Notes: a model not told the origin generated them from the sequence alone. 64,000 bases of DNA from Victivallales bacterium (GCA_963678745.2 CAXXMS010000003.1:35979-99978); one strand, 5' to 3'; positions 1 to 10,187 are shown, counted from the stretch's first letter. Numbers and translations: made by a program.

Positions 1-2
1 CC

Positions 3-227
3 TGTGGATTCCTGAATATTAACGGTTTCTACAATAAGCTGTTTGATTTTATCATGAACACGTCCAATGAAGGCTTTATCAAAAAAGACTGTTTAAAACT
101 AATGCAGATAGATAATAATCCTGATAACCTCATAACAAAACTTGAAACCTATAAACCGATTATAATTGATAAAGCAAAACAGGCTATCGAGGAACGTTCT
201 AAAGCCGCCCAAAGCCATACGTCATGA
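3..227 (+). CDS. LOG-family (TIGR00730-like) protein, C-terminal fragment; 5' end lies outside the window
   Basis: Frame 3 is open from the window edge to TGA at 225-227. The translation CGFLNINGFYNKLFDFIMNTSNEGFIKKDCLKLMQIDNNPDNLITKLETY resembles the conserved LN-x-GFY...L..F.....EGFI block of LOG proteins (recognised from memory, not searched). Confidence 0.5.
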   Translation, partial: CGFLNINGFYNKLFDFIMNTSNEGFIKKDCLKLMQIDNNPDNLITKLETYKPIIIDKAKQAIEERSKAAQSHTS

Positions 228-445
228 TTTTTGTAACAAATTTGTAAGACTTAAGCACTTACACATCAATAAACCATTTTAAAATTCATATATAATTGTT
301 TGTTACGTCGTTTTAATATTGAAATAATCGACCAGAACTACTATAATTCAGAAAATTACGTAATAGCCTATTTATTCTCATTTCTTAATGAATTCATTCA
401 CATAATAAACAAGAATCTATATAAAAATTATTTAACAAATCTAAA

Positions 446-1294
446 ATGAAAAAGAAAACATTAACAGAAAAACATACCAGAGCTTCACAGAAAATAAAGC
501 TATTGAAAGAAAAGGGAAAGTTTGATACAATATCAAAGCTTAAAAAGAATAAAAAACACCCTAAAGTCAGACTAAGGAAAAGACACCATCTTGTCTACGG
601 ATTAATAAGTGTAATAGTTATCTGTATATTCTATTTTTATGTTGACAGAGATGCTTCAATGTTCTTTCATAGAGTTCGTCATACTGAATTCTTTAATGTT
701 TTTTTCTGGATGCAGTATTTATCCAACATTCTTGAATACGCCGTACCACTTGTTTATATATATTTAATAGTTATGCTTTTTTCGAAACGCTTCTACTACC
801 TTGAAGAATTTTTATTTGCATCAGCAACCAGTCTTCTTGTAGCAGTTTCCTTAAAAAACTTTTTTAAAAACATCTTTGGTAGATACTGGACAGAAACCTT
901 TACACACAATAATCCATCACTGATACAGTCCCACAAATACGGTTTTAATTTTTTCCATACAGGATCAGCTTATGATTCTTTTCCATCGGGACATTCAGCT
1001 GTAATCTTTTCTGTTGCAACAGTAATATGGATTATGTACCCCAGATTGCGCTGGTTATCTGTTATAGTTTGCGCAGCAGTTATAATTGGTCTACTGGGAT
1101 GCGACTTTCACTTTCCAAGTGATATTATTGCAGGTGCATTTATAGGTGTAGTAGCAGCATATTTTGTAATGCATTCATCACAAATATTCGCAAGAAATAT
1201 AAGAGAACATGAAGAAGAGAAAATAGTAAAAAATTTGGATAAAAATATTAACAACACAGAAAAAATAATCGAACAAGATAGGAAGGAAAACTAA
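446..1294 (+). CDS. PAP2-superfamily membrane phosphatase (phosphatidic acid phosphatase type 2-like)
   Basis: 282-aa ORF with several hydrophobic segments. It carries the PAP2 motifs SFPSGHSAV and FHFPSDIIAGA. Confidence 0.75.
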   Translation: MKKKTLTEKHTRASQKIKLLKEKGKFDTISKLKKNKKHPKVRLRKRHHLVYGLISVIVICIFYFYVDRDASMFFHRVRHTEFFNVFFWMQYLSNILEYAVPLVYIYLIVMLFSKRFYYLEEFLFASATSLLVAVSLKNFFKNIFGRYWTETFTHNNPSLIQSHKYGFNFFHTGSAYDSFPSGHSAVIFSVATVIWIMYPRLRWLSVIVCAAVIIGLLGCDFHFPSDIIAGAFIGVVAAYFVMHSSQIFARNIREHEEEKIVKNLDKNINNTEKIIEQDRKEN

Positions 1295-2611
1295 ATGACA
1301 GAAAAAAGTAAACAGATAGGTTTCTGGATTTTACTGGCACTTGTACTGGGTAATATTATTGGATCAGGAGTTTTTCTACTCCCTTCAACTCTAGCCCATA
1401 TAGGAAGTTTAAGTTTAATTTCATGGTGTTTTACTGGTTTTGGAACAATCTGCCTGGCATTAACACTGGGAAAATTAAGCGGTATAATTCCTAAAACCGG
1501 TGGAATGTATGCTTATAACAAAGAAGGTTTTGGTGATTTCATAGGATTCCAAAGTTCATTATGTTACTGGATATATGTCTGGACTGGCAACGCAGCTATA
1601 GCTATTGCAGGTGTAGGATATATGCAGTTCTTTTTTCCTCAACTCGCAAACCCTGTTTTATCTTCCGGAACAGCAATAGTTATCGTCTGGATTTTTACTT
1701 TTATTAACGTTGGAGGCGTAAAAGAAGCTGGTTTAGTACAACTTGTTACTACTATTCTAAAATTAATTCCTATTATAATTATTATCGCACTTGGCTGGAT
1801 GTATTTTGACAGCAAAAATATCACCAATTATGTCAACATGACAACTGATCCTCACATGTCAAACTTAAGCGCAGTTTCATATGCTGCAATGCTTACATTA
1901 TGGGCATTTGTAGGAATGGAATCTGCAACTATTCCGGCCGGAGAAGTTGAAGCCGGTAAAAAGCATATGATAGCAAGAGCTACAATAATCGGAACACTCC
2001 TTGTAACAGTAATATATATTGCTACTTCAGCAATTATAATGGGTATGATTCCAATGACAGAACTTCAGACAAGTACTGCTCCTTTCGCAAAAGCTGCTCA
2101 AATAATTCTTGGACCTACCGGAGCAACTATTATAGCTATCGGTGCCGTTATTTCATGCCTTGGAGCAGTTAACGGCTGGATTTTATTACAGGGTCAGATC
2201 ATTCTAGCTGCTGCTGAAGATGATTTAGTACCATGTTCAAGTTATTTCAAAGTCAAAACCAAAAGCGGAAGCCCAGGTAGAGCTATTATTTTCACTTCAG
2301 TACTTGTTACAATCTTCCTTCTCTTCACAATGTCAAAGAATTTGGTTAGCCAGTTTAATCTAATTATAACAATTGCAACATCTTTTGCACTTATTGTTTA
2401 CTTTTACAGCTGCTGCGGGTTTTTTATAATATCAGTAAAAAGAGGATTAAAAATTAAAGCATTTGATGCCATAGTTACAATCCTTGCAATGCTTTATTCA
2501 TTCTGGGCAATATTCAGCGTGGGATATGAGTTTGTATTCTACGAAACAATGTTTGTATTTATAACATTTGCTCTTTATGTCTTTGTTAAAAGAATTCGTA
2601 ATAAAGCTTAA
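1295..2611 (+). CDS. APC-superfamily amino acid permease (basic amino acid/polyamine antiporter-like)
   Basis: 438-aa polytopic ORF with about 12 hydrophobic segments. The N-terminal LVLGNIIGSGVFLLPS motif is typical of APC/APA transporters. The start abuts the stop of the upstream gene. Confidence 0.85.
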   Translation: MTEKSKQIGFWILLALVLGNIIGSGVFLLPSTLAHIGSLSLISWCFTGFGTICLALTLGKLSGIIPKTGGMYAYNKEGFGDFIGFQSSLCYWIYVWTGNAAIAIAGVGYMQFFFPQLANPVLSSGTAIVIVWIFTFINVGGVKEAGLVQLVTTILKLIPIIIIIALGWMYFDSKNITNYVNMTTDPHMSNLSAVSYAAMLTLWAFVGMESATIPAGEVEAGKKHMIARATIIGTLLVTVIYIATSAIIMGMIPMTELQTSTAPFAKAAQIILGPTGATIIAIGAVISCLGAVNGWILLQGQIILAAAEDDLVPCSSYFKVKTKSGSPGRAIIFTSVLVTIFLLFTMSKNLVSQFNLIITIATSFALIVYFYSCCGFFIISVKRGLKIKAFDAIVTILAMLYSFWAIFSVGYEFVFYETMFVFITFALYVFVKRIRNKA

Positions 2612-2623
2612 TATAGAAATGAG

Positions 2624-2661
2624 TTAAGATCTGCTGAAATTTATGCAGATCTTAATTGTTT
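2624..2661. terminator. Hairpin between convergent genes (bidirectional terminator candidate)
   Basis: ttaagatctgc (2624-2634) pairs with gcagatcttaa (2645-2655) and is followed by ttgtttt. Confidence 0.6.
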
Positions 2662-2726
2662 TACATCATATACAGGAAAAATTACTGCATAGTACTTTTT
2701 CTGACCAAATAATATATCTAAAAAAG

Positions 2727-3914
2727 TTACATATTCTTTATTTTATCAATAAGATTTCTATCATCTACAAAATCTTTTATAGAAGCAATAATATTATTTT
2801 TCGTTTGATTGATAATATATTTCTCATGTTTTTTTCTAGCACTTATATCTCTTGTAATAAAACCGATACATTCTTTCCCTTTATATATCTGCTTAAAAGT
2901 AAATTCTTCTACCCAAAGTATTTCTTGTTTAGAATTAATAAGCCTATATTCCATTTTTTCAGGACTATTTCCTGTTTTTAATATTTCCTTTTGAAAATTC
3001 CTATCATCAGGATATACACAGTTTTCAATCCAAAAGTCTTCATCTGAATAGAATTTATCAACAGAATATCCTAACATTTTCTCAACAGAATTGGAGATAT
3101 ACAAATATTCTCTTTTCGGCCTATAAGAAATAAGCCATAAAATTTCAGAAGGTGTAGAGAATGTTGATTCAAGCATCCTGTGTATTTCCATCTGTCTTTT
3201 TTCAACCTCAAGCTTCTTCCTATCAGTAATATCTACAAAAGTTCCTACAACACCGGCGACTTTACCTAAAGAATCAATAAGAGGCATTTTTGAAATCAAT
3301 CCCAGTCTTTTCCTTCTAGTTCCTGGTATAACCGCTTCCTTCTCTGTAATAGAATCTCCAGTTTCCAATACTTTTAGATCCTCTATTGTATTCAATTCAG
3401 CTTCTTTTATTGGGAAAAAAGTATTATCATCTTTCCCAATAACATTATAATCATACGGCAAAGATGCATTTCTTAAAAATTTTTCATTTGCAATAATATA
3501 TTTCAGATTCTTATCTTTAATATAAAAGCAGGATTGTATTGTAGACATAATAGCCTTTATAACAACTGATGCCTGAAGTAACTCTGACTGTTGATGCCTG
3601 ATTTTTCTAATTATTTCCTCATGTTCAATAATTTTTCTCTGTGAATTTGAACTCCCTAGAAGAAGCCATGAATTTACCGTTTCTGATAATTTAACTTTCG
3701 ATTTTTCAGCTTTAGGTTCTAAATCAGAAATTACATTAACCGATACGTTTAAACACTCAGCAATTAATTCAATTTTCCTTTCAGAAGGAAACTGCCTACC
3801 CTTTTCCCAAGTCCATAATGTAGAACGTCCAATTCCTGCTTTCTTGCAAAATTCTTCGGAAGAAAGTTTTTGCTCTTTCCTTATCTGTTTGATCTTATCA
3901 AAAAAAACTTCCAT
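2727..3914 (-). CDS. XRE-family HTH regulator fused to PAS-like sensor domains (paralog 1 of 4 in window)
   Basis: The N-terminus IKQIRKEQKLSSEEFCKKAGIGRSTLWTWEKGRQFPSERKIELIAECLNVSVNVISDLEP is a Cro/C1-type HTH. The remainder shares the block FYIKDKNLKYIIANEKF...FFPIKEAE...IPGTRRKRLGLISKMPL...DITDRKK with ORFs 30793-32391, 32976-34778 and 54686-55759. Confidence 0.8.
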   Translation of the reverse strand: MEVFFDKIKQIRKEQKLSSEEFCKKAGIGRSTLWTWEKGRQFPSERKIELIAECLNVSVNVISDLEPKAEKSKVKLSETVNSWLLLGSSNSQRKIIEHEEIIRKIRHQQSELLQASVVIKAIMSTIQSCFYIKDKNLKYIIANEKFLRNASLPYDYNVIGKDDNTFFPIKEAELNTIEDLKVLETGDSITEKEAVIPGTRRKRLGLISKMPLIDSLGKVAGVVGTFVDITDRKKLEVEKRQMEIHRMLESTFSTPSEILWLISYRPKREYLYISNSVEKMLGYSVDKFYSDEDFWIENCVYPDDRNFQKEILKTGNSPEKMEYRLINSKQEILWVEEFTFKQIYKGKECIGFITRDISARKKHEKYIINQTKNNIIASIKDFVDDRNLIDKIKNM

Positions 3915-4084
3915 ATAGAAACCTCCTTATTAAACAAATATCCTATAATTTTGAACATTTTATGTTTAATTAAAATATATCTATATAAAAAAAATAGAAT
4001 TGCTGAAATAATAATTTAAACTAATTTTTATCGTTAAAATAAATAATAACCAATAGAATTAATTAATAAACTTGGAGAAATCTC

Positions 4085-5173
4085 ATGAAAGATCCCAAAA
4101 AAGTAGCAGTTTTAGGTGGTGGACACGGTGCACACGCAATGTCAGCAGATTTGATAAATAAAGGTTTCAGTGTTAATTTTTTTGAAATGGAACAGTTTCA
4201 GGACAATGTACAAAAAGTTCTTGAAACTAAGAAAATAGAATGTACAGGTCAAGTTAAAGGCAAATTTACTTTAAATAAAGCTACCACAAACATTGAAGAA
4301 GCAATAGAAGATGTAAAATATATACTGATAGTAACACCTGCATTTGCCCATAAACCTTATGCAGAATTACTTAAGGGAAAAGTAAAAGAAGGTCAAATAA
4401 TTATATTTTACCCGGGAGCATTTGCTGCATTACTTTTCAAATCAGTATTTGGCAATGAACCTATGCCTGTAATAGCAGAAGTCAATAATCTTCCTTACGA
4501 TGCAAGACTTTCTGCTCCCGGAAAAGTTAACATACTTGGACGCAATCCTGTAAATATAGCTTTTTTCCCTGCAAAAAAATCGCCTGAGCTTATAGAAGAA
4601 GCTAGAACTCTTCATCCATTTGTACGCGTTTATAATGATGTACTTGAATCGGGTTTAAGTATTGTAAACCCAACCTTTCATTCAGGACTTTGTCTTTTAA
4701 GTGTAACAGCGATTGAGAACTCCGCTAAAAGACCTTTTTTCCTTTACGAACACGGGATTACACCTGCATCGGCAAAACTTGATCTCAAACTAGACCTTGA
4801 ACGCAAAGCTATAGGAAAAGCATTAGGCTATAATCTAACTCCAATTGAAGACTTTTCCGGCATGAAAGAAGGTTATACCTGGCAGGAGCTTTATATGAAT
4901 ATACACGGTAATATTTCATTAACTCCAATATATGGACCTGACAATATTGAAAACAGGTATCTGACAGAAGACGCATCTTGTGGATTAGTACCATGGAGCT
5001 ATCTGGGAAAAGTACTTGGAGTAAAAACTCCAATAATAGATTCAATTGTTAATATTTATAATATTATTCATGAAAGAAACTGGTGGGAAATAGGTAGAAA
5101 CCTTGATGACTTAGGAATAGAAGGAATGACAGCTAAAGAAATTCATCATTTCCTTCAAACCGGCAGAAATTAA
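4085..5173 (+). CDS. NAD(P)-dependent opine (octopine/nopaline) dehydrogenase-family protein
   Basis: 362 aa with an N-terminal Rossmann motif VAVLGGGHGAHAMSADL. Length and layout resemble the ODH family. RBS-like ggagaa lies upstream. Confidence 0.65.
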   Translation: MKDPKKVAVLGGGHGAHAMSADLINKGFSVNFFEMEQFQDNVQKVLETKKIECTGQVKGKFTLNKATTNIEEAIEDVKYILIVTPAFAHKPYAELLKGKVKEGQIIIFYPGAFAALLFKSVFGNEPMPVIAEVNNLPYDARLSAPGKVNILGRNPVNIAFFPAKKSPELIEEARTLHPFVRVYNDVLESGLSIVNPTFHSGLCLLSVTAIENSAKRPFFLYEHGITPASAKLDLKLDLERKAIGKALGYNLTPIEDFSGMKEGYTWQELYMNIHGNISLTPIYGPDNIENRYLTEDASCGLVPWSYLGKVLGVKTPIIDSIVNIYNIIHERNWWEIGRNLDDLGIEGMTAKEIHHFLQTGRN

Positions 5174-5304
5174 TATACTGTTATACATGTTTATCCTGTT
5201 TAAACTATTTAATAGGATAAACAATATTTTATATTCATCAGGAGAGTTTCATCAAATATTTATTATATTAACTTTACTGCTGATTCAAATACTGAGGTAC
5301 TGAT

Positions 5305-6393
5305 ATGTTAAAAGGTTTTAAATGGGGACGAGTTTTTACATTTGCAGGAGCAATTATAGCTTATTTGATCGGTTCAGGATTTGCATCAGGTCAGGAAGCA
5401 ATGCAATACTTCGCTGCATTCGGAGTAGCAGGTTGCTTTGGAGGCCTATTACTTTCAATGATAATTTATGTATGGTTCAGCTCAACCATAATGAAAGATG
5501 GAGCAAGGTTAAGACTGGTATATTCAAATAAAATATTTGAATATTATTGTGGGAAAATAATTGGAAGAATATATGAAATCTATACTCCTATTTTTTTATT
5601 TCTTGTTTTCGTAATTATGATTTCAGGAGCTGGAGCAACACTTACAGAATACTATGGGGTAAATCCACAATTAGGTAGAGTTATAATGGCTCTATTGGCA
5701 ATGTCTACTGTCTTAATGGGATTAAAGAGAATGGTTGATATTGTCTCAAAACTTGGTCCTCTTATTATTATATTTGGAATATCAGTTGGGTTGGCAAATA
5801 TAATAATGAATCCTCATGGAATTGCTCATGCTAATGAAACATTAAAGCATATACAAGTGATGAAAGCCGCTCCTTCATGGTATGTTTCAGGAATAATCTT
5901 TCCATCAATGGGGTGTGTTATGTTAGCTCCATTTCTTGCTAGGCTTGGTATAGGTGCAAGCAGTGAAAAAGAAGCAAAACTTGGTGGATTAATTGGTGCT
6001 TTTGCTTTTGTACTAGCTGCGGGTATTTTGAGTTTTGGTATAATGGCCAGTATAGGTACTTTATATATGAAAAATGTACCAGCATTATTTATTGCTCAAC
6101 AGATGTTTCCTGCAGTAGGGATTGTATTCTCAATTATATTGTTCGCCGGAATTTATACGACTGCAGTACCAATGTTATGGTTAAGCTGTAATGCAGTTGA
6201 AAACAATGAAAAAACTAAAAAGTTCAAAATTCTAGTGATAGCTGCAACAATTCTTGCATATGCTGGCGGTCAATTTAAGTTCGCAGAACTGGTTAATATT
6301 TTATATCCTATAACGGGCTATTTGGGAATACTTTTGTTTTTGTGTATAATTTTCAATCAAATAAAAACAAAGTTCAAAAGAAAACAAGTATAG
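5305..6393 (+). CDS. YkvI-like polytopic membrane protein (putative transporter)
   Basis: 362 aa and highly hydrophobic. The N-terminal IGSGFASGQEAMQYF motif resembles the YkvI family (from memory). Confidence 0.6.
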   Translation: MLKGFKWGRVFTFAGAIIAYLIGSGFASGQEAMQYFAAFGVAGCFGGLLLSMIIYVWFSSTIMKDGARLRLVYSNKIFEYYCGKIIGRIYEIYTPIFLFLVFVIMISGAGATLTEYYGVNPQLGRVIMALLAMSTVLMGLKRMVDIVSKLGPLIIIFGISVGLANIIMNPHGIAHANETLKHIQVMKAAPSWYVSGIIFPSMGCVMLAPFLARLGIGASSEKEAKLGGLIGAFAFVLAAGILSFGIMASIGTLYMKNVPALFIAQQMFPAVGIVFSIILFAGIYTTAVPMLWLSCNAVENNEKTKKFKILVIAATILAYAGGQFKFAELVNILYPITGYLGILLFLCIIFNQIKTKFKRKQV

Positions 6394-6606
6394 TATCTGC
6401 AAATTTAAAATATTCAGTATTTTTCAGGCTGTTTTACGGTCAGGTTTTGTCACAATTTAGAAACCTGACTTTGATTTACCTTAAATAAAAGATCTCACAT
6501 AACAGCAAAAACATAGAAATAGATATTTAACAGAGCCCTCATATATGATATTATTAAATTAATAGTATAAAATTATTATAGTAAAAAAATGGAAGGCTAA
6601 AGTAAT

Positions 6607-7884
6607 ATGTCTAAAAAAAGATTTAATATTGTTACCAGCTTAACTATTGCTTCATTCATACTTGTTTCCTGCAGTCTTTTCAATTCCACTACATCGGACG
6701 GCCCGATGCTTTTAAGAAAAAAGAACTGGGATCCTACAGCCTACCTAGCCCTAAGCAAACTTATAAAAGATTATGGAAAAAGCAACCCAAACTATAATTC
6801 AAATAAAAAACCATATGCAGTTTTTGACTGGGACAATACATCTGCCTTCAATGATGTAGAAGAAAATACTCTACTTTATCAGCTCGAAAACCTTAAGTTC
6901 AATGTAACTCCCGATAAACTTGATGAGATCCTAAAAAAGGATATACCAAAAGATAGTTTTGCAGTCAAAAATGATGAGGGTAAACCAATTAACATAGATC
7001 TAATAGCAACAGATATCATATCTGATTACACATATCTTTATAATAATTACGAGGGATTAAAAGGCAAAGAAAGTCTGTCTAAAATAAAAGGATCTCTCCA
7101 GTATAAAGATTTTGTTGTAAAAATGAGATTCTTGTATGAAGCTATAGGTAAAACTTTCAGTCCTGATGTAAGCTACCCATGGGTTATATATCTCTTCACA
7201 GGTATGAATAAAAGTGAAGTTCAAAAGTTGGCTGAAGAAAGTATCGACTATTGGGAAAGTCATTCAGTTAAAGAACTTCATCTGCAAAGTCCTAAAGAAC
7301 TTCCAGGTAAAGCAGGCATTGTATCATTAAATTGTTATGTTGGGTTAAGAGGAATCAGAGAAATGCAAAATCTATATGCCACTTTAATGGATAACGGATT
7401 TGATGTTTACATCTGCTCTGCATCATTTGTAGATGTAGTTAAAACTTTTGCATCCACACCAAAATACGGCTATAACATTCATGAAGATCATATCATTGCA
7501 ATGGAACTGGAAAGGGATAAAAATGGAATAATCCTGGATGAATACCGAAAAGGTTACGATCAAACCCAAAACGAGGGAAAAACAAAAAACATAAAAAGAT
7601 TTCTAGTTTCTAAATACGGTTATGGTCCAATACTGGTAGGAGGAGATAGCAGTGGAGATTATGCAATGCTTAAAGACTTCCCTGATACTAAAATAGGCAT
7701 TATTATAAACAGATGCAAAGACGGAAAAATAGGAGAACTATCAAGAGTTGCAGTACAATCCAAAGGCTCAATGAAAGCAAAATATTTTCTGCAGGGAAGA
7801 AATGAAAATAATGGAAAATTTATCCCTAGATCAGCTTCTATTCTTTATGGTAGCAATACTCCAAAACTATTAAAAAGTAATTGA
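6607..7884 (+). CDS. HAD-superfamily phosphatase-like lipoprotein
   Basis: Signal peptide with lipobox-like LVSC. HAD motif I FDWDNTS (DxDxT) and motif IV GGDSSGDYAML are present. Confidence 0.6.
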   Translation: MSKKRFNIVTSLTIASFILVSCSLFNSTTSDGPMLLRKKNWDPTAYLALSKLIKDYGKSNPNYNSNKKPYAVFDWDNTSAFNDVEENTLLYQLENLKFNVTPDKLDEILKKDIPKDSFAVKNDEGKPINIDLIATDIISDYTYLYNNYEGLKGKESLSKIKGSLQYKDFVVKMRFLYEAIGKTFSPDVSYPWVIYLFTGMNKSEVQKLAEESIDYWESHSVKELHLQSPKELPGKAGIVSLNCYVGLRGIREMQNLYATLMDNGFDVYICSASFVDVVKTFASTPKYGYNIHEDHIIAMELERDKNGIILDEYRKGYDQTQNEGKTKNIKRFLVSKYGYGPILVGGDSSGDYAMLKDFPDTKIGIIINRCKDGKIGELSRVAVQSKGSMKAKYFLQGRNENNGKFIPRSASILYGSNTPKLLKSN

Positions 7885-7887
7885 TAA

Positions 7888-7980
7888 GACTGGGATCAAG
7901 ATCAAGACCGGGATCAAGACCGGGATCAAGACAAAGACAAAGACAAAGACAAAGACAAAGATCAAGACAAAGATCAAGAT
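7888..7980 (+). repeat. 3-periodic GAY-NRR simple repeat (gaccgggatcaa x2, gacaaa x5, gatcaa units)
   Basis: Read directly. It starts right after the TGA TAA double stop of the upstream CDS, stays in frame with it and ends at TGA 7981-7983. Confidence 0.9.
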
Positions 7981-8041
7981 TGAGAGAACAAATGATTTTA
8001 GTCTTAGTCAGAATATATTGTAAAAAACTGCATGAAAGCTA

Positions 8042-8667
8042 TTAGCTTATCTCATTAACAATTTCTTTGATTTTTGATAATATCCATAAGACAGCTTTAT
8101 CATTCTCTTTGTTTTTATGATAGCACGCAGAAAATTCTACGTCTTTTACACTAAAAGGGGGAGGTTTTATAGAAAGATCATACATCTTTTTATATTTTTC
8201 AAAAGTTCTCCTGCAACCAATCACAATATAGTCTGTTCCCTGCAGCAAAGATAAACCTTCAGTGGTATTGTGAATTAAAATATTTAGTTCATTCATGTTG
8301 ATTATATCACTCCCCTTCTCTTCTATTGAAGGCAGCCAATTTGCCTTAGGATATCTTACAACAAGATGTGGATAATATAAATACTCAGCTAAGTCCAGAC
8401 TTACTGACTGAAATGCAGGATGGTTAGAATCTGCACAGCAGACAATCTGATCAGATAATAAATAATCATAAATAAAATCACTGCTTCTTCTCTTTGTACC
8501 AAAAGCACCAATACCAATATCAAAGTCGCTATTTTCTAAATGTTGCTCTTTATTGATGGTTGTGTAACAAAGAGTTTCTTTCCTGCTGATGTAGTGTTTC
8601 TCTCCTTTAACAAAACATCCAGAACATTCAATAAGTTCAAATTAATTTTCGATAATTCTTTGCTCAT
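8042..8667 (-). pseudogene. LysR-family regulator relic (HTH fragment + C-terminal substrate-binding part, stop/frameshift and internal deletion)
   Basis: The minus strand from ATG 8667 reads MSKELSKINLNLLNVLDVLLKERNTTSAGKKLFVTQPSIKSNI then a stop, which is a LysR HTH. Further downstream, ...DFDIGIGAFG...HLVVRYPKANW... runs into the 84-aa ORF 8042-8296. Total length is too short for an intact LysR of about 300 aa. Confidence 0.55.
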
Positions 8668-8906
8668 ATACTTTATTCCTTAAATATTTAGCATTGTCTT
8701 TAAGTATAACATAAGCAATCCAATTAGCAATAATAACTTTTTTCTATACATCCCTATAACAGTTATTTATTTTATAAAGCTCAAAAATCCAATTAAAATT
8801 AATAAAAAGTCTTTTGATTAATTGTTAAATCTTTTATTTATTTTATTTGACATATTAAGAAGCTTTAATATATTCAATTAAAAGTTCTTTAAAAAATTGT
8901 TTAGTT

Positions 8907-9012
8907 AGCTGGGGGAGCCCCTGTTACCGAATAGTAATATTCGGAGGGCTGAGAAGGTATTAAACCTGACCCTTTGAACCTGACGCAGATAATGCTGCCG
9001 GAGGGAAGCTGG
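8907..9012 (+). ncRNA. TPP (THI-box) riboswitch
   Basis: agctGGGGGAGCcc...ggaGGGCTGAGAagg...ACCCtttGAACCTGAcgcAGATAATGCTGCcGGAGGGAAGCTgg matches the TPP riboswitch core. The matching elements are GGGG.GC, CUGAGA, ACCC..GAACCUGA, UAAUGC and AGGGAAG. It lies directly upstream of thiS. Confidence 0.85.
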
Positions 9013-9030
9013 TTTATATCTATTTATATT

Positions 9031-9062
9031 AGGCCTGTTCCATTCGGAGCAGGCCTTTTTTA
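9031..9062 (+). terminator. Rho-independent terminator (riboswitch expression platform)
   Basis: aggcctgttccattcggagcaggcc followed by ttttttatt, located between the aptamer and thiS. Confidence 0.7.
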
Positions 9063-9156
9063 TTGCCTGTTCCATATTTCTATCCAATAAATTAGCATTT
9101 CTGCTTAAGTGTTCCCCTACCCTCCAGCTGATAACCACAAAAAAAGGAATCAGAAA

Positions 9157-9357
9157 ATGGAAATATTATTAAACGGGAAAAAAGAAATTATACCTAAAAA
9201 TTACGCAATTACAGATGTTCTTAAAAGTAAAAAACTTTCATCTGAAGCAGTGATAGTCGAAATAAATAACAAAATCCTTCCTCAAAAAAAATTCGATTCA
9301 TTCATGATAAATGAAAATGACAAAATTGAAATTCTGAGATTTGTAGGCGGAGGATGA
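9157..9357 (+). CDS. thiS: Thiamine biosynthesis sulfur-carrier protein ThiS
   Basis: 66 aa from the ATG preceded by aaggaa. It ends in RFVGGG (C-terminal Gly-Gly) and sits first in the thi operon. The longer ORF-track start at 9109 overlaps the terminator region and is unlikely. Confidence 0.85.
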   Translation: MEILLNGKKEIIPKNYAITDVLKSKKLSSEAVIVEINNKILPQKKFDSFMINENDKIEILRFVGGG

Positions 9358-9410
9358 GATCAATTATCTATGTTCTATGATCAATTAACAATGAACAATT
9401 AAGGATTATT

Positions 9411-10187
9411 ATGTCAGATAAACTAAAGATTGGAAATGAGTACATAACAAACAGGCTGATTACCGGTTCGGGAAAATACTCTGTAGACAGTATAATTCCG
9501 GATATCATTGAGGCATCAGGCTGTGAGGTAATTACTGTGGCTTTGCGCAGAGTCGACTTTGATTCGGCAGATAACAACATACTAAATCACATTCCCAGGA
9601 ATGTAAGACTTCTACCTAATACTTCCGGTGCCAGAACAGCAGAAGAAGCTGTACGAATAGCTGAATTATCAAGAGCTTCAGGATGTGGTAACTGGATTAA
9701 AATTGAAGTTATAAATGATAATAAATACCTTCTTCCTGACGGTTATGAAACAGTTAAAGCTACAGAAATATTGGCTAAACGTGGTTTTACTGTTCTTCCT
9801 TACATAAGCCCTGATCTAATGGTAGCAAGGGATCTAGTAAATGCAGGAGCAGCTGCTGTTATGCCTTTAGCTGCCCCGATTGGAACAAACAAAGGTCTAA
9901 TGACTGAAGGTTTGATAAAAATACTTATAGATGAAATTTCTCTGCCAATAATCGTTGATGCCGGAATAGGCAAACCATCAGATGCTTGTAAAGCTATGGA
10001 AATGGGAGCAGCGGCATGCCTGTTAAACACTGCAATTGCAAGTGCAGGAAATCCTGTGCTTATGGCAAATGCTTTTTCAAAAGCAGTTAAAGCAGGGAGA
10101 GAAGCTTACCTTGCAGGATTAGGTAGGAAAACTGATTATGCACAGGCATCTTCACCATTAACAGGATTCTTGTATGAGAATAAGTAG
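9411..10187 (+). CDS. thiG: Thiazole synthase ThiG
   Basis: 258 aa with TGSGKY..., [27 protein letters not shown] and [10 protein letters not shown], all characteristic of ThiG. Confidence 0.95.
   Translation: MSDKLKIGNEYITNRLITGSGKYSVDSIIPDIIEASGCEVITVALRRVDFDSADNNILNHIPRNVRLLPNTSGARTAEEAVRIAELSRASGCGNWIKIEVINDNKYLLPDGYETVKATEILAKRGFTVLPYISPDLMVARDLVNAGAAAVMPLAAPIGTNKGLMTEGLIKILIDEISLPIIVDAGIGKPSDACKAMEMGAAACLLNTAIASAGNPVLMANAFSKAVKAGREAYLAGLGRKTDYAQASSPLTGFLYENK

Noticed and set aside
2643-2994. Two + strand ORFs (112 and 61 aa) antisense to the XRE/PAS gene
   Set aside because: They are Ile/Phe/Leu-rich shadow ORFs, typical of antisense frames in AT-rich genes. The minus-strand gene has clear domain content.
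7888-7980. Possible CRISPR array (also considered for 43566-43856)
   Set aside because: Both are head-to-tail tandem repeats without unique spacers. One lies inside a CDS, and no cas genes are present.
7885-7983. Read-through C-terminal DQ/DR/DK tail of the HAD-like protein
   Set aside because: Two consecutive stop codons (TGA TAA) precede it, which makes translational read-through unlikely. It is kept only as a repeat feature and a low-interest finding.
8905-9138. 77-aa minus-strand ORF from the ORF track
   Set aside because: It lies exactly over the TPP riboswitch and its terminator on the opposite strand. There is no RBS and the composition is odd. The RNA element explains the sequence.
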